Shown piece after piece: positions 25,191-38,510 of a DNA stretch of 64,000 nucleotides. A model generated the notes under the pieces. It had not been told where the DNA came from, searched no databases, and was given only the letters and a program-made list of their open reading frames with translations. Origin of the DNA: Octopus sinensis (taxonomy: Eukaryota); contig NC_043011.1 of assembly GCF_006345805.1 (NCBI RefSeq), positions 31,880,464 through 31,944,463 of the forward strand. Reading direction: 5' to 3'. Both the position numbers and the translations under genes were made by a program. Within the stretch, counting starts at the first letter, position 1; each line of letters opens with the position of its first letter.

Positions 25191-27051
25191 CAAAATATAT
25201 ATATATATGTATGTATGTATGTATGTGTGAATGTATATGTATATGAGATGGATAGGTATCTCTATACATATATACTGTTCATTTGTTTTTATATCTGTTT
25301 TAAGATAATGCAAGCTTAAGATCAGACAAACAGATTACACTGAGATATTGTTACAGTGAGATGTTCCCTTATCTGTTTTCATGTAACATAATTCATATTT
25401 TACTGGCTTTGACAGCATAAAGTGAATGTGTGATCTACTGACAGGAGAAATGCTAGCAGAATATACTGTCGCATCTGCCCAAAACTAAATGAAATTCATT
25501 TGTGATGGGTGGGGCCTTGTGTAATGGTATGAGGCATCTCTTAGTGAATAATGAAGAATATTTCTTTACAGGTATAAAATGTTTTAATTTGCAATAGTTA
25601 AGTCCTGATTTTCATGTATAACAATGTGAGTTCACTTTTGTAGTATGGAGGCTTGTAATTATTTTTGGAATATATTTTAAATATAGTCTTTTTTCTCTTT
25701 CTTTTTGTTGATTAAAACAGAATGGATAAAACAGAACAGGAGGAGACACATGGGACAGAAGAGTCACTGAAGAAGTCACAGGTGTGTAATGAAAGATTTC
25801 CAGACAATGGACATATGATAAAATAAGAGCATTAATAAATGAGTGAAGAACGAATATATAGCACATGTGTTTATTAGCAAGAAAAAGAAATGACCATCCC
25901 GAAATATAACAATATCTGTTTCAACGCATGATTTCACATCAGGAATCTTGCAAAATAAATTCATAAACAATTAGGAGTTCATTTATTTATTTTTTTATGG
26001 TGCAAACAATTCTTTTTTGAGATGTATTTTTAAAATTAAATTTAGATGTAAATTTCATTGAAATTGGTGACTTTCAGTTTAGGATGTGTTATCTACAATA
26101 CATTAAAAATCAGTTTCAATCTTGCTTGCTTGCTTGCAATGTTACCCAGCCAAACTGGAGCATAATGGGAAAATACTATGAATTAACTTTATCCTGAAAT
26201 ATTAATACAAACAGAATGAAACAAGTAAATCAGAGCAGTAGTTATTGAGATATTCAGAATTTGGGGGTATAAATACCCAAAACGATGCATAATGGGAAAA
26301 TGTTCCAAATTTAACTTCATCCTGAAAAGGAAGAAACTCTAACCTTTTGATGTTGCATTCGTTGAAATCATGCAAAATAACCCGGGGAAAAAACCCCACA
26401 AAACAAAACATTGCTGGAAAACTCAGTTTCCCAGTGACCCAACGGGTCGTGGGTAGTCTAGTCATCTCTAAATGTGTATCTGGATGTGGATTCTTTTGAC
26501 ATTGATTGTGTTAAAATGGAGATGAATTGTTTCATAAGGTGTTTTAACAAGATATTTTTATCGAAAGATAATTGTATAAATAATTATTAAAAAATTTCTC
26601 AAAATACCACTTAAAACTAGTTTTAATATAGTATCAAAAAATAATGATTAAGAGCTAATTCTTAAGGTGCAGAGGTGGGGCAAAAAACATTTTGGCAAGG
26701 ATAGGTAAAGATCTTCTAAATATTTTGAAATGCTTTTCAAATCTTTTTTACAAATACTTAAAAATCTCAAACAATTCCTTGAAAAAGAAATCTTTCAAAT
26801 AGTCCATTTAAAACTTCTGGTTAAAAATCTCTCTAGAGAGGTTTTTAAACAGAACTTTAAATTTAAAATTTAAATTTGAAAAATAGAATGGTTTTAATAC
26901 AATATATTAAACGATGATGATGATGATGATGATGATGTGATGTAGAAATTTTTAAAAAATAGCAATGCTATATAAGCATAAAGAGGTTTGAACAATCACT
27001 TGGTGGCAATAGGGATCATCTCCGAATAAAAAGGGGGAGATAATTTCAAGA

Positions 27052-27268
27052 TCTATATTTAAGAGATGAAGAATTATGTACATTATTTACATTTGACGGA
27101 TAATTGTCCTCATCTTGTTCGTTGTTAATACAATGTTTCGGCTGATATACCCTCCAGCCTTCAAGACACCTGATGAAAGCTGGAGGGTATATCAGTTGAA
27201 ACATTGTGTTAACAACAAAAAAGATGAGGACAATTATCCATCAAATGTAAATAATGTATATAATTTCA
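27052..27268. mobile_element. Palindromic Penelope-end-like repeat
   Basis: Inverted arms around ...ccagccttca / tgatgaaagctgg...; second copy at 49945-50195. Confidence 0.8.
27165..27210 (+). ncRNA. Minimal hammerhead-like motif
   Basis: GACAC-CTGATGA-A-AGCTG(gagggtatat)CAGTT-GAAA-CA-TT-GTGTT. Helices I and II pair; helix III is minimal. Confidence 0.45.
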
Positions 27269-28331
27269 AGAATCAGGAATTCCCCAAAATTGATATGCCA
27301 TTCAGGAAAAGACAGCCAGATTATAGGAAGAGAAAAGGATAGGTATTTATACCTGGTTTTGCCTTTAATAGGTGTCATTAGTACAGCAGATGAAAATTAG
27401 CATAAATGAAAGGAAAACGATCTAAATGATATAACTACAGAGTGGCAAGTGGTATATATATTTGTAAAACAAAAACAAATAAAGCCATACTAAATAACAT
27501 ACAACATAAATTTGATTCAAGGAAACTATCTCTTTATGGTGGAATTTGGCACCAGCTCTAAATGAGAAGGAGAATAACCCCAGGAATCAAGAGCTTCCCT
27601 AAAACTGACACACCATTGAGAAACAAATACATGAATACATGCATATATACATTCACACACATACACACACACACACATATATGCATGCATATATTTGAAG
27701 GAACATGGCTTAGTGGTTAGGGGTACACGTGTCTGTCGATTGCTCAGTCACTTGCACGTTAATTTCACGAGCAAGCTGTTCCGTTGATCGTATCAGCTGG
27801 GACCCTCGTCGCCGTAAGCGATGGAGTGCTCTTAAATACGTTTGTGAGTCTGTGTTTGTCCCCCCAACATCGCTTGACAACTGATGCTGGTGTGTTACGT
27901 CCCTGTAACATAGCAGGTCGGCAAAAGTGACCGATAGAATAAGTACTAAGACTTACAAAGAATAAAGTCCTGGGGGTCGATTTGCTCGGCTAAAGGCGGT
28001 GCTCCAGCATGGCCACAGTCAAATGACTGAAACAAGTAAAAGAGTATGTACTGTAATATGTATATACAATCATAAATGTATATGCGAGTGTGTGCGTGTA
28101 TGTGTGTATGTGTATATGTGTGTGTGTGTATGTGATGTGTGTGTGTATGTGTGTGTGTGTTGAGGGGTGCATGTGTGGGAAATTCATTTAAAGTGAAGAG
28201 TAGAGCTTTGTGATTAATGATATAATAGAGAAAACTGTGTGACAGTATACATGCATCTACAAGTGACAGGAATGTGAGACACAATACATGTAATGAAGGC
28301 TGAACATTGTTTAATAACTGGTTAATGACAG

Positions 28332-28393
28332 ACCCCTCCTGTCATGTGAAAATATCAAAGCAGCTGACTCTCCTATTAGGCGGTACCGACCAG
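28332..28393 (+). other. Candidate exon of an unidentified gene
   Basis: Strong CAG|gtaaga donor, weak acceptor; two open frames. Confidence 0.25.
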
Positions 28394-28479
28394 GTAAGAA
28401 TAAAAATCTCTGAAGTAGGATATGGAATTATGTCAGAGGAAAAGCAGGAGGGAGACCAGAAAGGAATTATGATTTTGTA

Positions 28480-28990
28480 TGTGATTGTGTGCTTGTGTGT
28501 ATGTGTGTGTGTTGAGGGGTGTATGTGTGTGTTTGAGAATGTGAGTGCACGTGTGTGTGTGTGTAAACGTGTGTGAGTGTATGTGTGTATAAATGTGTGT
28601 GAAAGTGTTGAGGGGTGTATGTGTGTGTTTGAGAATGTGAGTGCGCGTGTGTGTGTGTAAACGTGTGTGAGCGTATGTGTGTATAAATGTGTGTGAAAGT
28701 GTACGTGTATGTGTGTATGTGCAGCCTTAAGCGTTGGTGTGTGAGTGTGTGTATATGTATGCGAGTTAACGTGTGTATGTGCTGTCATGTGAATGTGAGT
28801 GCGTGTGTGTGTGTGTAAACATGTGTGAGTGTATGTGTGTATAAATGTGTGTGAAAGTGTACGTGTATGTGTGTATGTGCAGCCTTAAGCGTTGGTGTGT
28901 GAGTGTGTGTATATGTATGTGAGTTAACGTGTGTGTGTGCTGTCATGTGAATGTGTGTGTGTGTGTAAATGCAAGTGCGTATAAGTGTGT
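28480..28990. repeat. GT-rich tract with duplicated sub-blocks (about 95 and 160 bp)
   Basis: gcagccttaagcgttggtgtgtgag occurs twice; gttgaggggtgtatgtgtgtgtttgagaatgtgagtgc occurs twice. Confidence 0.85.
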
Positions 28991-29493
28991 GAGGGCATGC
29001 ATGAGTATGTGCAGACATGTACGTGTGTGTGTGTATGCGTCTGTGTATTCATAGGCATTAATATTTGCTCAGAGACATATATTTTATATATTCATAAAAA
29101 AACACAAACATATTTAAATATTCACATACCACACACACACACACACACACACACACGCGCACGCAAATTGTCACCTTCACATACTTATACGCAGATATAT
29201 AATCACATCAACACAATGCATTTTACAAATAGTCTCATAGCCCTGTCCCCCACCCCTCTGTCCCATATATATTTTTCTCTCAAATTCCTTAAAACTTAAT
29301 ATAGAAAAAAATATTCTCGGCATTTAAATTACTTCCTACTCACAATAATAGATTCTCTCCTCTAGACACAAAACAGCATGAGATTGTATTTACTGAATCA
29401 ACAGCTTCAGTACATACATACACATGCACACATACGTACGCACGCACACACACACACAAGCGCACACCCGCACACGCATACACACACACACAA

Positions 29494-29534
<41 letters not shown>

Positions 29535-29621
29535 CACAAACACACATACATACACACAAACACACACACACAAACACACAAACACACACACAAACACACA
29601 CATACACATACACACACACAA

Positions 29622-29652
<31 letters not shown>

Positions 29653-29658
29653 CATACA

Positions 29659-29690
<32 letters not shown>

Positions 29691-29854
29691 TTTATCTTCC
29701 AGACAAAAAAGTAAATTTCCAATGCAGTATAAATGTGAAGCATTAGAAAGATTGGGTATTTTACCCTTGGAAGATGGTGCCAACTTCTTTTCTCTTTTTT
29801 TCTGCTGTTTTCACAACTTTACTGCATTCGAAATTTTCTTTCTAAGTTTGTAGG

Positions 29855-30039
29855 TGCGGGTGTGGCTGTTTAGTAGGAAGCTTGCTTCCCAACCACATGG
29901 TTCCGGGTTCAGTACCACTGTATGACACCTTGGGCAAGTGTCTCCTACTGTGGTGTCTCGGGCCGGTCAAAAACTTGTGAGTGGATTTGGTAGATGGAAA
30001 CTAAAAGAAACCTGTTGTGTATATGTGTGTGTGTGTGTG

Positions 30040-30078
<39 letters not shown>

Positions 30079-30400
30079 AGGTGTGTGTGTGCACATCTGT
30101 GTTTGTCTTACCCTCAGTTTCTTGCCAACTGGTGTTGTTGTGATCGTACCCCTGTAACTGAGCAGTTCGCATGATAGTTGTAAAATGAATATCACTGTCA
30201 TGCAAGCGGAGTCGTCTGTTTCCAGTTTTCTCTGGAAGCTTGTCTGGCGACTGGAAACGGGTGAGTGTTGGCAACAGGAAAGGTACCCAGCCAATGAAAA
30301 TCTGCTTCAACAAATTCCATCCAAGCCATGCGAGCATTGGAAAGTGGACTCTAAAGCAATGACAATGATGACATGCATACACACACACACACACACACAT
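29855..30400 (+). mobile_element. Composite SINE (family A head + RTE-type tail)
   Basis: Family A head, (GT)n, then gtgagtgttggcaacaggaaagg...gacaatgatgac tail. Confidence 0.7.
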
Positions 30401-30424
30401 ACACATCTCTCACTCACTCTCTCT

Positions 30425-30700
30425 CTATAATATATATATATATATATACAAAATTAGAAAAAACACCTTTGATTTAGTATTTCTAAATTGAATTTTTTTC
30501 CCTGTAAGTTTGGATTTATATTCCCTCAAATAATAATAATATATATATATATATAATATATATATATCATATACATATATAATACATATACATATATATA
30601 TACATATACATATATATATACATATACATATATATACATATACATATATATATACATATATATATATAATACATATATATATATATACATATATATATAT

Positions 30701-30746
<46 letters not shown>

Positions 30747-30787
30747 CTATATATACATATATTACATATATATACATATACATATAC

Positions 30788-30820
<33 letters not shown>

Positions 30821-30838
30821 CATATATATATATTATAC

Positions 30839-30869
<31 letters not shown>

Positions 30870-30941
30870 CATATATATATTAATATACATATATATATAT
30901 TATACAATATATATATATATACATATATATATATAATATAC

Positions 30942-31010
<69 letters not shown>

Positions 31011-31127
31011 CTATATATATATATATACATATATATACATATATATATATATATTACATATATATATATATCATATATATATATATTATATATATAATAC
31101 ATAATAATATTATACATATACATATAC

Positions 31128-31158
<31 letters not shown>

Positions 31159-31188
31159 CATATACATAATATATATATATACATATAC

Positions 31189-31236
<48 letters not shown>

Positions 31237-31250
31237 TATATTATTATTAC

Positions 31251-31309
<59 letters not shown>

Positions 31310-31314
31310 TATAT

Positions 31315-31412
<98 letters not shown>

Positions 31413-31469
31413 CATATATAATATATATACATATATATACATATCTATATAATATACATATATATATAC

Positions 31470-31522
<53 letters not shown>

Positions 31523-31686
31523 CAATATATATATATATATACAATATATATATATATACATATACTATATATATATATATACATATTATATATATACATA
31601 TATATATATATACATATATTATATATACTATATATTATATTATACATATATATATATATACATATACATATATAATATATATATAC

Positions 31687-31755
<69 letters not shown>

Positions 31756-31761
31756 AATATC

Positions 31762-31794
<33 letters not shown>

Positions 31795-31949
31795 CATAAT
31801 ATATAATAATATATATATATATATATATATACATATATATACATATATACATATATATATACATAATATATATATATATATATATACATATACAATATAT
31901 ATATATTATATATATATACTATATATATATATATATTATATATATATAT

Positions 31950-32034
<85 letters not shown>

Positions 32035-32187
32035 ATATACATATATATATATTATACATACATATATATACCTATTATATATATATACATACATATATAT
32101 ATATATATACATACTATATATAATATATATACATACATATATATATATATATATACATACATATATATAATATATATATACATACAT

Positions 32188-32219
<32 letters not shown>

Positions 32220-32235
32220 ATATCTATATATATAT
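30425..32235. repeat. About 1.8-kb interrupted (TA)n/(TAC)/(TAA) microsatellite
   Basis: Directly visible; almost no G on the plus strand. Confidence 0.98.
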
Positions 32236-32777
32236 TCCTCCTCCTTTCTACTATAGGCACAACCTGAAATTTTGGGGTAGGGGAGCCTAATTGATTTCAT
32301 TGACCCCAGTGCTCAACTGGTACTTAGTTTATCAACCCTGAAAGGATGGAAGGCAAAGTGGACCCTGGTGGCATTTGAACTCAGAGCATAAGGACCTGTG
32401 AAATGTCGCTAAGCATTTTGCCTGGCATGTTAACAATTCTGCCAGTCCTCCAGCTATGTGCAAACACACACACACACATACCGATACATAATTATAACAG
32501 TACATATATTTTTTTTATACTTTGACCAGAGGAAGACGAAGAGTAAATTCAACTGCAAGATTATAAAACATTATCTAAGTAGGGCACAGACATAGTCAAA
32601 AGGTTCTGAATTTCACATAGCTATGTGCTTAAGCAGTTTGTTTCTCAACCAAACAGTTTCAAGTTCAGGCCTGCTGTGCAGCACTTAGAGGAAAATCTTC
32701 TGATGTAGTCCTGGGTTGATTTATGTCATGTGTGTGTGATTTTGGTCTAACAGAAACTGTCTGGAGACAGAAACAGT

Positions 32778-33258
32778 TTAAGGTGGTGAGCTGGCAGCAA
32801 CGTTAGTACGCCGAGCGAAATGCTTAGAGTATTTTGTCTGCCGCTACGTTCTGAGTTCAAATTCTGCCGAGGTCGACTTTGCCTTTCATCCTTTCGGGGT
32901 CGATTAAATAAGTACCAGTTACACACTGGGGTCGATATAATCGACTTAATCCGTTTGTCTGTCCTTGTTTGTCCCCTCTGTGTGTAGCTCCTTGTGGGCA
33001 GTAAAGAAATAAGAAACTGTTTAAGGCGGTGAGCTGGCAGAAACATTAGCACGCCAGGCGATAATGCCTAGCAGTATTTCGTCTCTGCTGTTACATTCTG
33101 AGTTCAAATTCTGCCAAGGTCAACTTTGCCTTTCATCCTTTCAGGGTCGATTAAATAAGTACCAGTTACGCACTGGGATCGATGCAAATGACTTAATCCC
33201 TTTGTCTATACTAGTTTGTCCCCTCTATGTTTAGCCCCTTGTGGGCAGTAAAGAAATA
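32778..33258 (+). mobile_element. Two tandem SINE family B copies
   Basis: aaggcggtgagctggcag...gtgggcagtaaagaaata twice, joined by a repeated gaaactgtttaagg-like linker. Confidence 0.9.
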
Positions 33259-33302
33259 CGAAACTGTTTGGAGATAATGCTGATAATGGCAATGATAAAG
33301 GT

Positions 33303-33452
33303 CAGGGGCGGACTGAGCTGCTGGTCAACTGGCCATGGTCTGGAGCTCTGAGGGGCCTGCACTCTACATGTTAACTCTACTAAAACACACATTCAAAGAA
33401 GCCTGGTAAACAGTTATGCCCAAGGGCCCTTAATACTCTCAATCTGCTCCTG
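33303..33452. mobile_element. hAT MITE (150 bp)
   Basis: TIRs caggggcggactgag / ctcaatctgctcctg; 8-bp TSD ataaaggt / atgaaggt. Confidence 0.75.
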
Positions 33453-33464
33453 ATGAAGGTTGTA

Positions 33465-33812
33465 ACAAAGATGGTGGTGGTGGTGGTGATGACGATGATG
33501 GTGGTGGTGGTGGTGATGTTGATGGTGATGGTGGTGGTGGTGGTGATGATGATGAATGGGGGTAGTGATTGCAGTGGTGGCAGTGGTGTTTATGGCAAAG
33601 AGGGTGCAGATTGGTGTGATGATGATGGTGATGATGATAAACAATGGTGATGATGACGATGATGATGATGATAATGATGGCGTTGACAATGGCAAAGGTG
33701 GTGTTGCTGGAAAAGTGGGCGGAAGTTGGCATGGAGGATGGTGTTGATGGAGACGTTGATGGTAAAGATGGTGGACAATGATGATGGTGATGATGATGAT
33801 GATAATGAAGGA

Positions 33813-33878
<66 letters not shown>

Positions 33879-33887
33879 AATGAAGGA

Positions 33888-33918
<31 letters not shown>

Positions 33919-33930
33919 GTGATGGTAATG
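33465..33930. repeat. (GGT)n/(GAT)n trinucleotide array
   Basis: Directly visible; gataatgaaggagat occurs twice. Confidence 0.95.
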
Positions 33931-34452
33931 TTAGCTACAAAGTGCTGTGAAGATAGTGGTGAAATAAAATTGATGATGTTTTTTTTATGGTTTGAAGTTG
34001 TTAGAGCAGAAATAGTGGCCAGTGTAAAGTTGATTTTCGGGTTTTTTTTCTCAGGCTACAAATCAGAAATAATGATAAAAGTCAGGTCATCAGGGACACC
34101 TAAAGCAGTGTGTGTGTGTATATGAGCAGCCACATGTGTATGTGTGTGAGTGTATATATATACATGTGTATAATATATATCATAGATATAATAACATAAC
34201 ATCATAGACATATCCATACTCAGCATGCTAACACACACACATGTACACGCACATACACACACATGTACACACATAAACATGTACACATGCATATGTACAT
34301 ACCTACACACAGATAAAAACATGTATACACACACATATGCACATGCATTTACACAGACACATAAAATTTGTTTGCACACACACAACACATACTTGCAGGT
34401 TGAGGAGAAAGTATATACACATATGTACAAAAACATATTCATTTACACACAC

Positions 34453-34485
<33 letters not shown>

Positions 34486-34573
34486 TTTACACTCATACAC
34501 ATACACAAATATGCACTGTACAAATATACTTACATACAATCAAATATACACATACACACACAAATACATATTA

Positions 34574-34627
<54 letters not shown>

Positions 34628-34884
34628 ATCCAAACATGAAAACACAAAGAGAAAACACAATGCGAGGACGTGGAACAAATATAGTATTATTAGATGCTCA
34701 GGAAGGAAGGGAAGAAGGAGGGTTTAACGTTTCGAGCGGAGCTCTCCGTCGGAAACATAGGAGAAGGAAAGATCCAGAGAAGGGAAGACAGAGGAAAAAA
34801 AATCACCAACGGTACACACGCGGTCACACACATATATACACACACACAATGGGTTATGAAAATATTCAAAAGAATTATTGCAAA

Positions 34885-35125
34885 ATAGATTACAAAAAGG
34901 ATTAAGCTGGATGAGGTGCAGTTCAGTTTTATACTACGAAGAGGTGCCAACATTTTATACTAGGAAGAAGTGCCAACAGAAAAATGTGTTTAACTAGGAG
35001 CAAACACCTATACTTAGCATTTGTCAGTCTGGAGAAGGCCTTTGACAGGGTCCCTCACACTGATTTGGTGTTCGAGAAAGAAGTAGATGTGAGATGAACT
35101 GCTTGTGAGGGCCATTAACAGCTTG
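34885..35125 (+). mobile_element. Degenerate RTE RT fragment
   Basis: IKLDEVQFSF...LYLAFVSLEKAFDRVP readable with frameshifts. Confidence 0.75.
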
Positions 35126-35329
35126 ACAAATGCTGAGATAACTAATATTTTCTGGGTATCAGAATTCCGAAAGGCTTTTTCTGGTTTCATCTTAATAAAT
35201 ATTATACACACACACACATATAATGTACTGATCCATGATAGAAAATTCTCTTTGGTAAGAGATAAATATTATTATTTAAAGGTCACAATACATGTATTAA
35301 AGCACTATTAATAGTTGCAACACAAATTG

Positions 35330-35960
35330 ATATATATATATATGTCCATCACAAGTCACAATACGGTCAGGAAATGGATCAGTCTGGTTACAGAGAAGTG
35401 AGGAGCAAATTTCATATCTGTGCATTTTCTGATATTCATTCAAATTGTGTGGTACCCATTCGTCAAGCTGTTTTGATTTCCCGATTGCATGCAAATGGTC
35501 ACAGGCAGTTTTCTGGCTGACTTGAAGTTCTTTTGCTAATTCTTAAGTGGTTTTACATGGATCTTTCTCAATGTCAGATGGATATCCACTTTGCTCACAA
35601 TCTTCATGGCTCAGGTCTCCACTGTGAAATTGTTTAAACTATTTTCAAGCTGACCACTCACTGGTCATTTCCTCACCAAACGTTTCATTGATATCGCGAG
35701 CAGTTTCAGCTGCTTTACGTCCTTTTTTTTTAAGTTGAATATCAAAATTGCTCGAATATCATGCTTTGACAGTTCTATTTCAGGTGATTGTAACAATGAT
35801 GATAAAAATATCAATGTTAATTTGTTGATGCATGTGGACAAGTCTAAGTCTATATTATCAGATAATTGCAAAATAACGTTTAAAAAAGTTCGAAACTCTT
35901 CATAAATCTGGTACAAATTTTTCATGGTTCAAAATGTTGCTTACTTTTTACTCAACCTGA
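35330..35960 (-). mobile_element. Mariner transposase fragment
   Basis: KQLDEWVPHNLNE...DRIVTCD (WVPHEL motif and first catalytic Asp region); HTH-like segment at 35665-35925. Confidence 0.85.
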
Positions 35961-36315
35961 TACACACACACACACATACATTCATTTATATATATATATA
36001 TATGCATAAACAGATAAATAGATAGATACAGATAGACATACATATATATATATATATATATATAAATTTATAAATGAGGGTGAAAAATTGATATTAATTT
36101 AATAATACCATTAATTTAACACCGAGTGGCTTAGCACAAAAAACTACAGAGAAAATACAAATTTATACATAAATTATTAGAGAGTTAACCACTATGTGGA
36201 TAACTCTAGTGCTAAAAATAGCCCCGATAGTATAGCCACAGAAAAAGATGTTTCCAACTAGAAGTAACATACATTTAACGGAAGGAAAGTGAAATATAAC
36301 GAATAAATAGATTGA

Positions 36316-36390
36316 CCCTGAACAAATTGTTTCATTACTAATGTAATATGTAATTTTACTTACATACACATCTATAAATCATCAGCAGAG
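36316..36390 (-). ncRNA. Type I hammerhead ribozyme-like fold (left arm, mirror copy)
   Basis: Reverse complement of 36567-36641. Confidence 0.55.
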
Positions 36391-36566
36391 GTTTGTCTTA
36401 AATACAATTAATTAGACCGACACGAGCGTTAAAAACACGAGCGGTTTAATGAATTGCATTTTTATTTATGCCTCAAATTCCCCCGCCATAACTAAAAATG
36501 CAATTCGTTAAACCGCTCGTGTTTTTAACGCTCGTGTCGGTCTAATTAATTGTATTTAAGACAAAC

Positions 36567-36641
36567 CTCTGCTGATGATTTATAGATGTGTATGTAAGTA
36601 AAATTACATATTACATTAGTAATGAAACAATTTGTTCAGGG
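36567..36641 (+). ncRNA. Type I hammerhead ribozyme-like fold (right arm)
   Basis: Helix I CTCTG/CAGGG, core CTGATGA, about 17-bp helix II, GAAA, helix III A-U/C-G/A-U with ATT loop, GUU site. The 10.1/11.1 pair is U-U. Confidence 0.55.
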
Positions 36642-36785
36642 TCAATCTATTTATTCGTTATATTTCACTTTCCTTCCGTTAAATGTATGTTACTTCTAGT
36701 TGGAAACATCTTTTTCTGTGGCTATAATATCGGGGCTATTTTTAGCACTATAGTTATCCACATAGTGGTTAACTCTCTAATAATT

Positions 36786-36862
<77 letters not shown>

Positions 36863-36944
36863 TGTATATATATGACCAGGAACCCCTGGGTAGTTGAATT
36901 CCACAAGGCTTTTTGTGGTTTCATTATAATATATATATCATCAT

Positions 36945-37440
36945 CACCATCGTCACCATCGTCATTGTCGTTTAATGTCCACCTTCCATGCTGGCATAGG
37001 ATGAATGGTCTCATGGAGAACTGGCAAGCCAGCAGGCTGACCAGGCTCCAATCTGATTTGGCAAGATTTCTACAGGTTGATGCCTCTCCTAATAGCAACC
37101 ACTCAGAGAGTGTAGTGGGTACTTTTATGAGTCAGCGGTACAGGAGCCAGTCAGGTGGCACTGGCATTTTTACTACCACCAACACAGGTGCCAGTCAGGC
37201 AGCACTGGCATCAGCCATGCTTGAATGGTGTACAAGTGCCAGTCAGGCGACACTGGCATTGGCCACAACTATGATTTCACTCAGTTCAACAGGCTTTCTC
37301 AAGCACAACATATTGAAGGGTGCTTTTAAACTGGCCAGTTATGCAACACTGGCATCTGCCATGACTACAGTCTCACTTGGCTTGCCAGCTCTTCACAAGC
37401 ACGACATATTTCCAAAGGTCTCAGTCACTTGTCATATGAC
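36945..37440 (-). mobile_element. RTE 3' tail fragment (similar at 12560-12775(+), 48400-48705(+), 53610-53960(-))
   Basis: (GAT)n end and decayed 60-bp repeat units. Confidence 0.75.
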
Positions 37441-37637
37441 TGTGGCCATATATATATGTATGCACAACACACATATACATACACTTATATATACTTTAAA
37501 TAAATTTTGTCTTGACGAGTTTGATAAACGAATGAAAGCACTAATAAAGGATTATCCAAAATTCTGACTGCCTCCTTTTTCTCAAAATACAATATCTGTA
37601 CCCCACTTCAAACACTCTATACATATATATGTATATA

Positions 37638-37712
<75 letters not shown>

Positions 37713-37743
37713 ATATGTGTGTGTGTGTGTATGTATGTATATA

Positions 37744-37774
<31 letters not shown>

Positions 37775-37800
37775 ATATATGTATATATATACATATATAC

Positions 37801-37833
<33 letters not shown>

Positions 37834-37948
37834 ATATATTATATATATATATATTATATATATATATATATAATACATATAATATAAGGACAAAATTTTT
37901 TCATCCATGGCCAGCAGATGAAAAATACCTTTTGAGGTGAAAATTATA

Positions 37949-38127
37949 AATACAATTATAAATAAGCGCAAAAGAAAAGATTTTCTTTTCCGATATGCTG
38001 AAAAATAGATGCTAAATCATCTAACCACATCAGTGAAAATATCTTATGTGCTTAGACGATTGAGCATCCATTTTTCAGTATATTAGCAAAGAAAATTTTT
38101 TCTTTTGCCCTTATTTATAATTGTATT
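37949..38127. repeat. Foldback element with about 80-bp degenerate arms
   Basis: atacaattataaataagcgcaaaagaaaa... / ...ttttcttttgcccttatttataattgtatt. Confidence 0.7.
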
Positions 38128-38134
38128 ATACATA

Positions 38135-38510
38135 TAGGCACAGGAATGGTTGTGTGGTAAGTAGCTTGCTTACCAACCACATGGTTTCAGGTTCAGTCTC
38201 ATTGCGTGACACCTTGGGCAAGTGTATTCTACTATAACCTCAAGCCAACCAAATCCTTGTGAGTGGATTTGGTAGACAGAAACTGAAAGAAGCCTGTTGT
38301 ATATATACATATATATATGTATTTGTTTGTGTGTCTGTGTTTGTCCCCCCACCATCACTTGACAATTGATGTTTATGTCCCCGTAACTTCGTAGTTCAGC
38401 AAAAAGAGACCGATAGAATAAGCACTAGTTGATTTGGTCAACTAAAGGCAGTGCTCCAGCATGGTCACAGTCAAATGACAGAAACAAATAAAAGAATAAA
38501 AGAATATACA
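38135..38510 (+). mobile_element. SINE family A
   Basis: Full-length family body. Confidence 0.9.

Larger units (their letters stand above)
36164..36793. repeat. 630-bp palindrome: 307-bp arms, 16-nt loop (Penelope-like inverted pLTR candidate)
   Basis: Arms 36164-36470 and 36487-36793 are reverse complements with 4 mismatches seen. ORFs 36163-36369(-) and 36588-36875(+) have near-identical translations. Confidence 0.95.

Noticed and set aside
26161-26327. Two copies of a roughly 39-bp degenerate motif (cataatgggaaaat...tcctgaaa)
   Set aside because: Only two diverged copies; no further structure.
28332-28393. RRYRPG, suggestive of histone H3/CENP-A
   Set aside because: No downstream histone-fold exon (ALxEIRxYQ, KLPF) was found; a 6-residue match is not enough.
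33414-34125. Poly-His, poly-Asp and poly-Met ORFs
   Set aside because: All frames of a (GAT/GGT)n array; no splice or homology support.
36163-36875. Two near-identical 68/95-aa ORFs on opposite strands
   Set aside because: A by-product of the palindrome; no coding signature.
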